This document shows, one piece after another, positions 7,409-15,410 of a stretch of 39,017 nucleotides of DNA. Both the position numbers and the translations under genes were made by a program. The notes beneath the pieces were generated by a model. The model worked only from the letters and a program-made list of their open reading frames with translations, did not search any database and was not told where the DNA came from. Numbering within the stretch: position 1 is the stretch's first letter; every line of letters starts with the position of its first letter. This DNA is from a virus, in the IMG/VR virus record IMGVR_UViG_3300015242_000011, positions 1 through 39,017 of that record; one strand, 5' to 3'.

Positions 7409-7770
7409 CGATCCGAACCTCAGCGACCATCGGCGGCAAGATCTCGAACCGTGTCGTGATCCGCCGGCGTCCGATCTACGTCTGCCCCGACTGCGGCGGC
7501 GCGGGCTGGACGCGGCCCAAGGGCGCCACCTGCGCGACGTGCGACGGGGCGGGGACCCTCAACCGCAAGCCGCGATCATCTCGCGCGGCCGCGGCGCTCA
7601 AGCGGGTCGTCAACGTCCGGGTCGGCGTGCTCCTGACCCGCGACGAGCTCGAGGCCATCGACCATGCCGCCAGGCTCGCGCAGATGACACGGGCGCAGTT
7701 CCTCCGCCAGGCGGCGCGGAACCTCGTCTCGCGCGTCACGCCTGAAAACAGGACCGCTGCACGCCCATGA
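7405..7770 (+). CDS. DnaJ-type zinc finger plus ribbon-helix-helix fusion protein (121 aa)
   Basis: CPDCGGAG...CATCDGAG gives two CxxCxGxG motifs. The C-terminus, LTRDELEAIDHAARLAQMTRAQFLRQAA, is RHH-like. Confidence 0.6.
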   Translation: MTIRTSATIGGKISNRVVIRRRPIYVCPDCGGAGWTRPKGATCATCDGAGTLNRKPRSSRAAAALKRVVNVRVGVLLTRDELEAIDHAARLAQMTRAQFLRQAARNLVSRVTPENRTAARP

Positions 7771-7912
7771 CGATCGCGAGGTCCTCCGGCGGTCCGAGCC
7801 GCCGGTCGCCGGCCATCTCGAGCGAGCACAGCCAGAAGCACGTCAGGACGTCCTGCATGTCGCGGTCGGGCTTCGGTCGCTGGGCGCGGCGCCGGCGCCT
7901 GGGCTTCGCCAT
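7736..7912 (-). CDS. Hypothetical basic protein (58 aa)
   Basis: ATG 7910-7912 preceded by GGAGG-tagc. Follows the upstream TAG by 1 nt. Overlaps the convergent gene 7405-7770 by 35 nt. Confidence 0.45.
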   Translation of the reverse strand: MAKPRRRRRAQRPKPDRDMQDVLTCFWLCSLEMAGDRRLGPPEDLAIVMGVQRSCFQA

Positions 7913-7913
7913 G

Positions 7914-8153
7914 CTACCTCCACCGGACAACCAGACCCTTGGGGTCCTCGTTGGCGTGCAGGCCGTCGTGGTCGCGCGGCAGCTGACAGGACGTGGCTGG
8001 CCCCACCCCCAGGTCGCCGCACTGCGCGCGCGACAGGGCCTCGCGCAGGCGAGCGTTCTCGCGGCGCAACTGCTCGGTCTGCCACTGCTCGTGGATCAGC
8101 ATGCTCACGAGCTCGAGCACCGGTGTCTCGGCAAGTTCGGACCGTCGGGACAT
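7914..8153 (-). CDS. Hypothetical coiled-coil protein (79 aa)
   Basis: ATG 8151-8153 with GGAGG 10 nt upstream. Contains EQWQTEQLRRENARLREAL. Confidence 0.5.
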   Translation of the reverse strand: MSRRSELAETPVLELVSMLIHEQWQTEQLRRENARLREALSRAQCGDLGVGPATSCQLPRDHDGLHANEDPKGLVVRWR

Positions 8154-8205
8154 CGTCCATTCCTCCAGGTTGGACGGGGCCATGGTAGCAGGCCTCACAT
8201 GCAAC

Positions 8206-8451
8206 TCAGGTGCGTTTGTTCGTGAGGCGGGTCGATGGCTCGGTGCAGCCAGGGCAGGGGAACATCTTCGTGAAGTGCCCGCGTCGACTATTGAACTGGT
8301 CGATCTCGATCACGCCGGATCCATCGCAGGTCTGGCAGCCGTCAGTCGTCTCGACCTCGAGCTCGTAGCGCGCGGCGAGCTCCTGGTCGAGCGCGGAGCG
8401 CGCCACGAGCGGAAGCTCGAGCTGCTCCTGGTCGTCGTCAGGGGAGCGCAC
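8206..8451 (-). CDS. Small zinc-finger protein (81 aa)
   Basis: GTG 8449-8451. Contains CQTCDGSG ... CPGC. The rest of the 222-aa track ORF is a shadow of the endolysin. Confidence 0.45.
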   Translation of the reverse strand: MRSPDDDQEQLELPLVARSALDQELAARYELEVETTDGCQTCDGSGVIEIDQFNSRRGHFTKMFPCPGCTEPSTRLTNKRT

Positions 8452-9052
8452 GGAGAACCTTGGTCCGGTGCTCCATCTTGGGCCAGTTCGCAGTGTGGCG
8501 GTCCCAGACCGAGCCGTCGGTGCGCACGCAGGCCGGCCGCCTGCCGTTCGGACCGCAGACCTGGGCGACGTCCAGGAGGTGGTACTGCGGCATGGCCGGG
8601 TCCCACTCCGCGCACCGGTTGACCGCGACCACGATGCCCACGTGGCCGATGAACGGTTGTGGGTGGCCGGGCAGGTGGATCGTGGGGTAGGCCAGCAGGT
8701 CTCCGGGCATCGGCCGGTCGGCGATCGCGAACAGCTCGCGGCGGTGCTCGGCGTCCTCGATCGCGCTGTTGCTATTGAGATCGTCCTCGACGCTCGCCCA
8801 GTCCCCGTGGTTGAACCCCGGGCGATGCCGGCGCAGCTTGTAGCACCAGCTGATCGCGAACCCGGCGCAGTCACACCCGACCGCCTCGCCGCGCTGCGTC
8901 CACGGCAGGTCGATCATGCGGCCGCCGCGCATCACCGGCTGGTAGTCGCCGGTGCCGAGCTGGTACTCGCCGCCGTTGTTCACGAGCGAGAGGGCACGCT
9001 GGACCGCCTCGGCTGGCGAGCACGGGCGCGGGTTGCCCACATCGTCGATCAC
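8438..9052 (-). CDS. NlpC/P60-CHAP-like cysteine peptidase, endolysin candidate (204 aa)
   Basis: Cys motif GCDCAGFAISW and His motif GHVGIVV. GTG in a GTGA overlap. Sits in the lysis cassette. Confidence 0.75.
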   Translation of the reverse strand: MIDDVGNPRPCSPAEAVQRALSLVNNGGEYQLGTGDYQPVMRGGRMIDLPWTQRGEAVGCDCAGFAISWCYKLRRHRPGFNHGDWASVEDDLNSNSAIEDAEHRRELFAIADRPMPGDLLAYPTIHLPGHPQPFIGHVGIVVAVNRCAEWDPAMPQYHLLDVAQVCGPNGRRPACVRTDGSVWDRHTANWPKMEHRTKVLRALP

Positions 9053-9249
9053 GGCTTGGGGAACCGCGCTGCGAGCGCGGCATCGGCGGCGGCATTGTTG
9101 GCGGCGAGCGCGTTGCTGACTGCGTCGATGCCGGCAAGCGCGTCGGCGGCGCTGATCTTGCCATCCTTCGCATCCCGGAGCGTCGATACGATCTTCCCGA
9201 TCGCGTCGAGGCCGGCCGAGACGAGCGCGAGATCCTCTTCGAGCGTCAT
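9049..9249 (-). CDS. Hypothetical Ala-rich protein (66 aa)
   Basis: ATGA overlap upstream and GTGA overlap downstream. No TM segment. Confidence 0.55.
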   Translation of the reverse strand: MTLEEDLALVSAGLDAIGKIVSTLRDAKDGKISAADALAGIDAVSNALAANNAAADAALAARFPKP

Positions 9250-9599
9250 GGCATCACCTTCAGGGCTTGGAGCTCGTCCTGGAGCAGGAGCGCGGCCTGC
9301 GCGACCCCGAGCAGGCTGTGGTCATCTTCGAGCGTCGCCGCGGTCGCGATGGCTCGGTACGCGCCGGCGAGGAGCTGGGCCACCTTGGTCTGCTCGAGTC
9401 GGTACTGCGCGAGCTCGGCCTTGCCCGTGGCGTAGTCGGGCGCCTTGGCGACGAGCACGCCCTGGTGCAGCGCGTCCCATTTCTCGAAGGTCAGCGCCGC
9501 GGCGTTGGTCGTGGTGAGCGCGGTGGCGATCGCCCGGTCGCGCGCGGATGCGCCGCAGGCTGCGAGCGCCAGGGTCAGGACCCAGATCGCGATCTTCAC
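9246..9599 (-). CDS. Lipoprotein (117 aa), possible spanin-like lysis component
   Basis: From GTG 9597-9599: VKIAIWVLTLALAA|C lipobox, then a helical remainder. GTGA overlap with the holin-like gene. Confidence 0.6.
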   Translation of the reverse strand: MKIAIWVLTLALAACGASARDRAIATALTTTNAAALTFEKWDALHQGVLVAKAPDYATGKAELAQYRLEQTKVAQLLAGAYRAIATAATLEDDHSLLGVAQAALLLQDELQALKVMP

Positions 9600-9865
9600 G
9601 GCGCGACCTGTGGGGCGGTGGCGGGTGGCGTTGAGACGAGCGACGGGTAGCTCGCGGTCGTGACCTGCGCTGCGCTCTTGCCGAAGTCGGCAAGGCCCTG
9701 GCCGAAGATGTAGAGCCAGAGCGGGCCCACGATCGGCAGCAGGTCGGTCGCATCGAGCTTGAGCCCGAGCTTGCCGAGCGCCCACAACATGGCGGACAGC
9801 ACCGCGGCCTGGAATTTCTTGGAGCTCGCAAGCTCCCGCATCGCAGCCCAGATTTTAGAAGTCAT
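9596..9865 (-). CDS. Holin-like two-TM protein (89 aa)
   Basis: Hydrophobic helices FQAAVLSAMLWALGKLGL and LLPIVGPLWLYIFGQGLA. Lies upstream of the endolysin. Confidence 0.5.
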   Translation of the reverse strand: MTSKIWAAMRELASSKKFQAAVLSAMLWALGKLGLKLDATDLLPIVGPLWLYIFGQGLADFGKSAAQVTTASYPSLVSTPPATAPQVAP

Positions 9866-10151
9866 CGGCCTCGTCCTTTCGTTTCTTGTCAGCCGCCGCG
9901 GCGAGCGCGAGCTCGTACGGGGTGAAGCACCTCGGGCACAGGTAGCCCACGTAGCGCTCGTGCATCAGCGCAGCGCCACGCACGATCGGTTCGCCGCATG
10001 CGGTGGTGAGCCCGCCGATGGCCTTGCGGTGCCACGCACCAGAATCGCTGTGCACGTACAAGGTCAGGTCCTGCGTGATCGATCGGCGTCGTGGGAGGGG
10101 TTCGTCCTCGACGTCAACGACCAGTACGTCGGGCTCGCAGAAGGTCAGCAT
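9855..10151 (-). CDS. Hypothetical protein (98 aa)
   Basis: Contains a CPRC motif. 11-nt overlap with the downstream gene. Confidence 0.55.
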   Translation of the reverse strand: MLTFCEPDVLVVDVEDEPLPRRRSITQDLTLYVHSDSGAWHRKAIGGLTTACGEPIVRGAALMHERYVGYLCPRCFTPYELALAAAADKKRKDEADDF

Positions 10152-10153
10152 CG

Positions 10154-10516
10154 TCAGTCCTCGTCGTCATGGTGAGAGCCCGTGCGCGGCGGCCGATAGG
10201 CGCCGATCACCGGCGTGCCGAGCGGGTTCGTGCGGGCGCGCGGGTTCTTCTTCGGCTTCATCTGGCGGATCTCGTCGGGGACCGCGGTCACGCCGCTGTG
10301 GGACTCGAATCGCTCCTCGACGCGTCCGAACGACCGGATGAGCTCGTCCATCTTGGTCACCAGCACGGCGTTGCTCGCGGTGTTGGCCACGAGCGCAGCG
10401 GTCCCCCTGTCGTTGGACGTGGTGACGCGTCCGACGGCCCATCGCAGCGCACCGGCCAGCGCGACCGCAACGGCGCTGATCGCGCTGATGAGGATGGTGA
10501 ACTGCGCGTCGGACAC
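10154..10516 (-). CDS. N-terminally anchored membrane protein (120 aa)
   Basis: GTG 10514-10516, 2 nt after the upstream TAG. TM segment FTILISAISAVAVALAGAL. Charged C-terminal tail. Confidence 0.5.
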   Translation of the reverse strand: MSDAQFTILISAISAVAVALAGALRWAVGRVTTSNDRGTAALVANTASNAVLVTKMDELIRSFGRVEERFESHSGVTAVPDEIRQMKPKKNPRARTNPLGTPVIGAYRPPRTGSHHDDED

Positions 10517-10518
10517 AG

Positions 10519-11820
10519 CTACGGCGCTCCACACTCGTGCGGCGCGTCGACCGCAGCATCGGGCGCACTGTCCGGCGCGACCGGCGCCAGCGGATTCTCG
10601 AACCACACGAGCCCAAGCTGGTTGATCTGCTCCGTGTCGACGACGTCCAGGTCGCCATCACCATCGACGTCGTACAACAGCATGTTGTCGTACTTCGTCC
10701 CGGTCCCGCCGCCGACGTTGCCCCAGGTGTACGTGCCGTCGCCGTTGTTCCGGAGCCAGTAGACGCCGACGACCGTATCGGAGCAGCACGTGTTGCTCTC
10801 CCACGTCGACACCGCGATGTCTGGCAGCCCGTCCTGGTCGATGTCGCCGACGTCCGCACCCTGGTAGTGGCGGCCCGTGTTCGTATCGACGTAGAGCGTC
10901 GCGCTGGTCGTGCCGTGCGTCGCGATCGTCGAGGACTGCCCCGCGTGGGAACGACCCTCGAGCATCTCGCCGGCCGCGAGTACCCGCCCGAACATCTCGT
11001 CACCGGTGTACGGCGAACCGAAGATGGTGTGGTTCGTCCATCCCGCGGGCGCGGTCATGACGTGCTCGATCCACCGCGAGCCCGTCAGGTCGGTGCGCGG
11101 CACGGTGTCGCCGGGCAGCTTGTAGCCGGCGCGATCCGTGACGACCAGGTCGAGGTCACCGTCGCCGTCGTAGTCGTATGGGATGACCGACATCGTCCAG
11201 CCCGCGTATGTGAGCTGTTCGAAGGTCCACGCGGTGCCGACACGGGTGCCGGGGTTGTGCAGGAGCGCGATCACCGCGGGCGTGGCTGCGCTGCCACCGT
11301 ACGAACCGGCGAAGATGTCGAGCGTGCCGTTGCCCGTCGAATCGCCGCACGCCGCCTGGATCCACGTCGCATGGCCCTGGGATGCGGTGATCGAGACGGG
11401 CGTGCTCGTACCGCCGTAGACCACGTACATCCGCGCGCGAGCGACGATGACCAGGTCGTCGAGGCCGTCCTTGTCGAGGTCGCACAGCTTGGCGTCTTCG
11501 GGTCCGCTCTGACTGATCGGGAACGTCGTGGTGACGCCCGTCGCGAGCACGGTCAGCGATGTCGCGTTGCCCTGCTCCCACGGGACGGCAGCGACGCCGT
11601 GTTGGATGTCGACGCCATCGGCACCGACGTGCTGCCCGGAGCTCGCGCCGGCAACGATCGTGTGCATGGTCCACGGCGTGGCCATGTCGATCTGCTGATG
11701 CACGGTGACCGTGGATGGCCGGCTGCATGATGCGATCAGCAGTGCGATCGCGGTGGCGAGCGTGAGCGGGTCGCGCGCGAGAACGCAGCAGGACTCGGCA
11801 TCGGAGAGGCGCTTCTGCAT
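10519..11820 (-). CDS. FG-GAP/VCBS-repeat lipoprotein (433 aa)
   Basis: ATG 11818-11820, 2 nt after the upstream TGA. Lipobox LLIAS|C. Repeated Ca-binding loops DLDKDGLDD, DYDGDGDLD, DIDQDGLPD and DVDGDGDLD. Confidence 0.75.
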   Translation of the reverse strand: MQKRLSDAESCCVLARDPLTLATAIALLIASCSRPSTVTVHQQIDMATPWTMHTIVAGASSGQHVGADGVDIQHGVAAVPWEQGNATSLTVLATGVTTTFPISQSGPEDAKLCDLDKDGLDDLVIVARARMYVVYGGTSTPVSITASQGHATWIQAACGDSTGNGTLDIFAGSYGGSAATPAVIALLHNPGTRVGTAWTFEQLTYAGWTMSVIPYDYDGDGDLDLVVTDRAGYKLPGDTVPRTDLTGSRWIEHVMTAPAGWTNHTIFGSPYTGDEMFGRVLAAGEMLEGRSHAGQSSTIATHGTTSATLYVDTNTGRHYQGADVGDIDQDGLPDIAVSTWESNTCCSDTVVGVYWLRNNGDGTYTWGNVGGGTGTKYDNMLLYDVDGDGDLDVVDTEQINQLGLVWFENPLAPVAPDSAPDAAVDAPHECGAP

Positions 11821-11822
11821 GA

Positions 11823-12668
11823 TCAGCTCCACGACATGGTGAGAGGGGTGAGCGTCTGGAACAGCGCCTTGAACTGGGCGCTCGTCAGCTCGGCGTTCGC
11901 GCCGGTCAGCAGACCGCCCCAGAGGTAGCCGATGGCCGCCGACGTGCCGCCGGACGAACCGACGCCGACCGCGAGCCCGGCATACGTGCCGACCGTGCCG
12001 ACGATCTTGTCCTGGTCCGTGAACACGAACGCGCCCGGCGTGGTCACGTTGACCTGGAGCGCGACGATGTGGACGGTGTTCGTGCAGATGTTGCTCGCGC
12101 CATTGACGGTGGTCCCGCCCGCGCCCTGCGTCGTGCACTGCGCCACGCCAGTCGTGACCGCAACGCCGAAGACGGCGCCGGTGGTCGAGTCGAAGCGATG
12201 GATCCGGCGACTCGCCGCGGGGATCGCGCCCGGCGTGAGGATGTACAGGAGCAGCAGGCCCGAGGTCGTAGCGATGTCGGGGACCGTCGTGGTGTTCTGC
12301 GCGTTGTGGTTCGCTGCCGCGTCGGGCAACGTCATTGCCTTGTTGGCCCAGCCGGCAACGGCCTGCTGGTACAGCCACGACGCGCCGGCGACGGTCAGCG
12401 TGTTGCCCGCCGCCAGCTGGTCGGAGACGTTGCCGCTCGCCGGCGCGCCGAAGTTCCAGCTCGACAGCGCGCTCTTACCGGAGAGGCCAGCGACGTTGAA
12501 CGTCGTCGTCCACTCGCCGGCGGTCGCTGGCATGTACCAGCCCGACGTCGCATCGCGGGTGACGCCCGCCATCGGGCTGGCCGCCCCACCGCCGAGCTCG
12601 TCGACGCCGATACCGATCGCCTTCCCGAAGGTGCGACCGATTCGCTTGCCGATCCGGTGGCCGATCAC
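11823..12668 (-). CDS. Virion/tail-associated protein candidate (281 aa)
   Basis: GTG 12666-12668, 2 nt after the upstream TAG. Beta-rich and Gly/Thr/Ala-rich. The 5' extension in the track is an Arg-rich shadow. Confidence 0.55.
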   Translation of the reverse strand: MIGHRIGKRIGRTFGKAIGIGVDELGGGAASPMAGVTRDATSGWYMPATAGEWTTTFNVAGLSGKSALSSWNFGAPASGNVSDQLAAGNTLTVAGASWLYQQAVAGWANKAMTLPDAAANHNAQNTTTVPDIATTSGLLLLYILTPGAIPAASRRIHRFDSTTGAVFGVAVTTGVAQCTTQGAGGTTVNGASNICTNTVHIVALQVNVTTPGAFVFTDQDKIVGTVGTYAGLAVGVGSSGGTSAAIGYLWGGLLTGANAELTSAQFKALFQTLTPLTMSWS

Positions 12669-12670
12669 AG

Positions 12671-13180
12671 CTACACGCCGACCTTCCCGTGGATGGCGCT
12701 GCGAACGACCCCGCCGACGGTAAGGACGAGCTTGAAGCGGCCGCGGCGCGCCCCGACGTTGCCCATCGAGTACATCGCACCGCCGGCGTTCGTGCCGCCG
12801 GCGGTGACGGTGGCCGCAGCGACGGTGTTGCCGGTGCCAACCACGTCGACCTGGGCGGTGGATGGGTTGCTCTGGATCCAGTTCCCGGCCGTCGCGTCGT
12901 TGTCGGCGACGTCGACGCGGGCGCCGATCGGCAGCCCACCACGCTTGGCGGGGAAGTTCGTGAACTCGACGGTGATCGCACCGGCGACCGCGGCGGCCCA
13001 TGCGAGCTGACCTTCGATCAGCGCGGTATCGGCTGGCGTCGGCGAGAGTTGCGATCCGAACGGGAAGTACCAGGTGCCCGCAGTCAGCGTGCATCCGACG
13101 CCCTCGACGTTCGGCGCCAGGGTGCCGTCGCTCTTGATGGCATCCAGGTCGCCGGATCCTGCTCTGTTGTAATTGTCCAC
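12671..13180 (-). CDS. Virion-associated protein candidate (169 aa)
   Basis: GTG 13178-13180 with GAGGAG 7 nt upstream. No domain recognised. Confidence 0.6.
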   Translation of the reverse strand: MDNYNRAGSGDLDAIKSDGTLAPNVEGVGCTLTAGTWYFPFGSQLSPTPADTALIEGQLAWAAAVAGAITVEFTNFPAKRGGLPIGARVDVADNDATAGNWIQSNPSTAQVDVVGTGNTVAAATVTAGGTNAGGAMYSMGNVGARRGRFKLVLTVGGVVRSAIHGKVGV

Positions 13181-13193
13181 AGTAGTTCTCCTC

Positions 13194-15410
13194 TCAGCTG
13201 CGACCCGCGGCCTGCTGCTGCACTGGCGTCGGCTGCTCCACGGACTTGCGGAGCGAGCCGAAGCTCGGGTTCGGGGTGACGGTCGGCTGGCTCGTGCCGC
13301 CGTTCGTGTTCGGCTCGGCGGCGAAGTTGCCCTGGAGCACGCGGAGGATCCGCGGCTCGAGCGCGGGGTCGACCGCGATGCCGGTGAACATCGAGAGCGC
13401 GAGGCGGTTGCGGTACGGCAGCGCCTGCTTCAGGTCGGGGAGCTGCTCCAGGACCATCTGCTTGAGCTGCGCGGCGCGCTCCGGGTAGACCGCGTGGTAG
13501 GCGGCGACGTCCTCGGGCGTGATGGTCCCGTGCGCGAGCCGGTGCTCGACGCCCTCGGGGTGCTCGGCCGCGGCGACCTTGCGGGCGAACGAGCGCATGT
13601 CGAGCTCGCTGGGCTTCCAGCGGTCGGGGCCGCCGATCGGGATCCCGCCGATGTCCGGGCGGCGCGGCAGCTGGCTGGCCAGCCACTCGATCCGCGCGAC
13701 GGCCGTGGTCTCCATCTTGTCGGCGAGCACCGGCGAGACCATGCCGATCGGCGCGAGCTGCTTGGCGATCGCCTGGCGCGCCTCGGGCCGGATCCGCGGG
13801 GTCCCGGTCTCGTCGTAGGCGGTTTGCGCGCGGAGCTCGGCGGAGCGGGCGTGGTAGAGCCCGGCGAGGTCCGTCGGCTGCGGGGCCTTGGGGTCACGCG
13901 GGCCGAACGCGGCGTTCGCGAGGACCCGGGTCGCCAGCACGGGGACCAGCGGGGACTTCGCGGCGGTCCCCAGGAAGGCCTTGGCGTTCTCGGCGGTGCG
14001 CGCCGCGGTCGCCGCGACGTCCTTGCCGAGCTTGCCGAACACCAGGTCCCCCACGAGCTTCGAGGCCTTCGCGCCGATCACCGGCGCGAAGTGTCCGAGC
14101 GGGGACGCCAGCGCCGTGGCCGCGCCGAACACGTGGCCCTCGAGCATCTGCTGCGGGAGGGACTTGGGCGCCAGCGGCATTTGGAGTGCCGCCTTGGCGT
14201 CCTTGATCGCCTGCAGGCGCGGCGAGGTCAGCTCCGCCTTCGGGACCAGCGATTCGGTGATCGACTCCTGGAGCGCGCGGTTCCGCTCGAGCAGCTCGGG
14301 CAACTTGCCGAGCGCCTCCTCGCTCTGGCCGGAGACCTGTCCGCCCTTGAGCGCCTCGAGGAAGCCCTGCGCGTCGTCGCGCGCCACGGTGACCGCGCCC
14401 TTGCCGACCTTCACGCCGGCGTAGCTGCCGTAGCGCTTGGCCGTCTTGCCCGAGAGCTCGAGCTCCTTGACGAAGGGGCCAGACTCCGCGAGGTCCTGCT
14501 CCAGCCCGGCGGCGAGCTTGCTGTTCGTCTCGGATAGCTTCGCGGTGATGGCGGTGCGGTCCTCGAGCGCGGCCGCAAGCGCGTCCTCCTGCTGGCGGAG
14601 CGGCTTGAGCAGCGAGCGGGGGTTCTCGGCGAGCCCGCGAGGGTCATCGAGCGCGGCGCGCAGCGTCTTGTTGCTCTTGGTGAGCGCCGCCGAGCCCTCG
14701 CCCTCGTCGATCACGAGCCACGGATTGGCCTCGCGGACCGCCTGGCGGTAGGCCGTGGCATCCCCGACCGCCTTCGCGCGGGCGGCGCCCTGCTGCGTGG
14801 CGAGCTCGCCGACCTCGGTCTCGTGCGCGGCATCGAGTCCCTTGATGTCGAGCCCGGCCAGGTCCGGCGCGGCGCGCGCGGCATCGCCGGCGACCGCGCT
14901 GCTGTCGAGCGCCTTGCCGGCGCGCCCGAGGCCGCGCTCGACGCTGCCGACCCCGCCGGTGGTCTCGCCGCCCAGCAGGAACTTCGAGGACAGGCCCGAT
15001 GCCGCGCGCTCGGCGGTCAGCGCGTCCTCGCCGATCGCGGCCGCCTTGCCGAGACGTGCAGCGCCGGCGAGCTGACCCGCGAATGGGATGATGGCGCCGC
15101 CGACCGTGCCGATCGTGCTGCTCGTGGGGTTCACGGCGCGCAGCGTGTCCGCCGCCTCATCGATCCCGAGCGCGCTGAGCCCCGCATCCGAGGCGCCGAA
15201 CGTGGCCGTTCCAAGCGCGCTGATGCCGGCGGTCGCGAGCTTGCCAGCCGCGCCGCCGTACTCCTTTTCGCGGATGTTGGACCTCACCGCCGAGAGCTGC
15301 TGATCCGGCGTCTCGACAGTGAAGCGGCGACCGAGATACGTCGGAACATCCGCCTGCGGGACGTCGACACGCTCGCCCTCGGGGCTCGTCAATGTGACCG
15401 TGTCGCCCAT
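13194..15410 (-). CDS. Large internal virion/ejection-type protein (738 aa)
   Basis: Ala/Gly/Leu-rich and helical. Position matches the internal core proteins of podoviruses. TAATG overlap with the upstream gene. Confidence 0.6.
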   Translation of the reverse strand: MGDTVTLTSPEGERVDVPQADVPTYLGRRFTVETPDQQLSAVRSNIREKEYGGAAGKLATAGISALGTATFGASDAGLSALGIDEAADTLRAVNPTSSTIGTVGGAIIPFAGQLAGAARLGKAAAIGEDALTAERAASGLSSKFLLGGETTGGVGSVERGLGRAGKALDSSAVAGDAARAAPDLAGLDIKGLDAAHETEVGELATQQGAARAKAVGDATAYRQAVREANPWLVIDEGEGSAALTKSNKTLRAALDDPRGLAENPRSLLKPLRQQEDALAAALEDRTAITAKLSETNSKLAAGLEQDLAESGPFVKELELSGKTAKRYGSYAGVKVGKGAVTVARDDAQGFLEALKGGQVSGQSEEALGKLPELLERNRALQESITESLVPKAELTSPRLQAIKDAKAALQMPLAPKSLPQQMLEGHVFGAATALASPLGHFAPVIGAKASKLVGDLVFGKLGKDVAATAARTAENAKAFLGTAAKSPLVPVLATRVLANAAFGPRDPKAPQPTDLAGLYHARSAELRAQTAYDETGTPRIRPEARQAIAKQLAPIGMVSPVLADKMETTAVARIEWLASQLPRRPDIGGIPIGGPDRWKPSELDMRSFARKVAAAEHPEGVEHRLAHGTITPEDVAAYHAVYPERAAQLKQMVLEQLPDLKQALPYRNRLALSMFTGIAVDPALEPRILRVLQGNFAAEPNTNGGTSQPTVTPNPSFGSLRKSVEQPTPVQQQAAGRS

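Noticed and set aside
11821-12378. 186-codon N-terminal extension of the FG-GAP ORF. Similar extensions occur at 12669-13094, 21882-21989, 30476-31060 and 36789-37169.
   Set aside because: The extensions are Arg/His/Pro-rich and overlap the upstream gene in another frame. Plausible starts with coupling or an SD lie at the shorter coordinates reported.
10519-13180. Diversity-generating retroelement or other targeted hypervariation of the tail-end genes
   Set aside because: No reverse transcriptase ORF and no template/variable repeat pair is visible anywhere in the window.
13173-14537. 454-aa plus-strand ORF. Similar long plus ORFs occur at 16487-17755, 18438-19895, 20910-21926, 22293-23429, 23101-24711 and 24570-25760.
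   Set aside because: All are antisense to well-supported minus-strand virion genes. Their compositions are Arg/Gly/Asp/Leu-dominated and they lack start-codon context. They are shadow ORFs.
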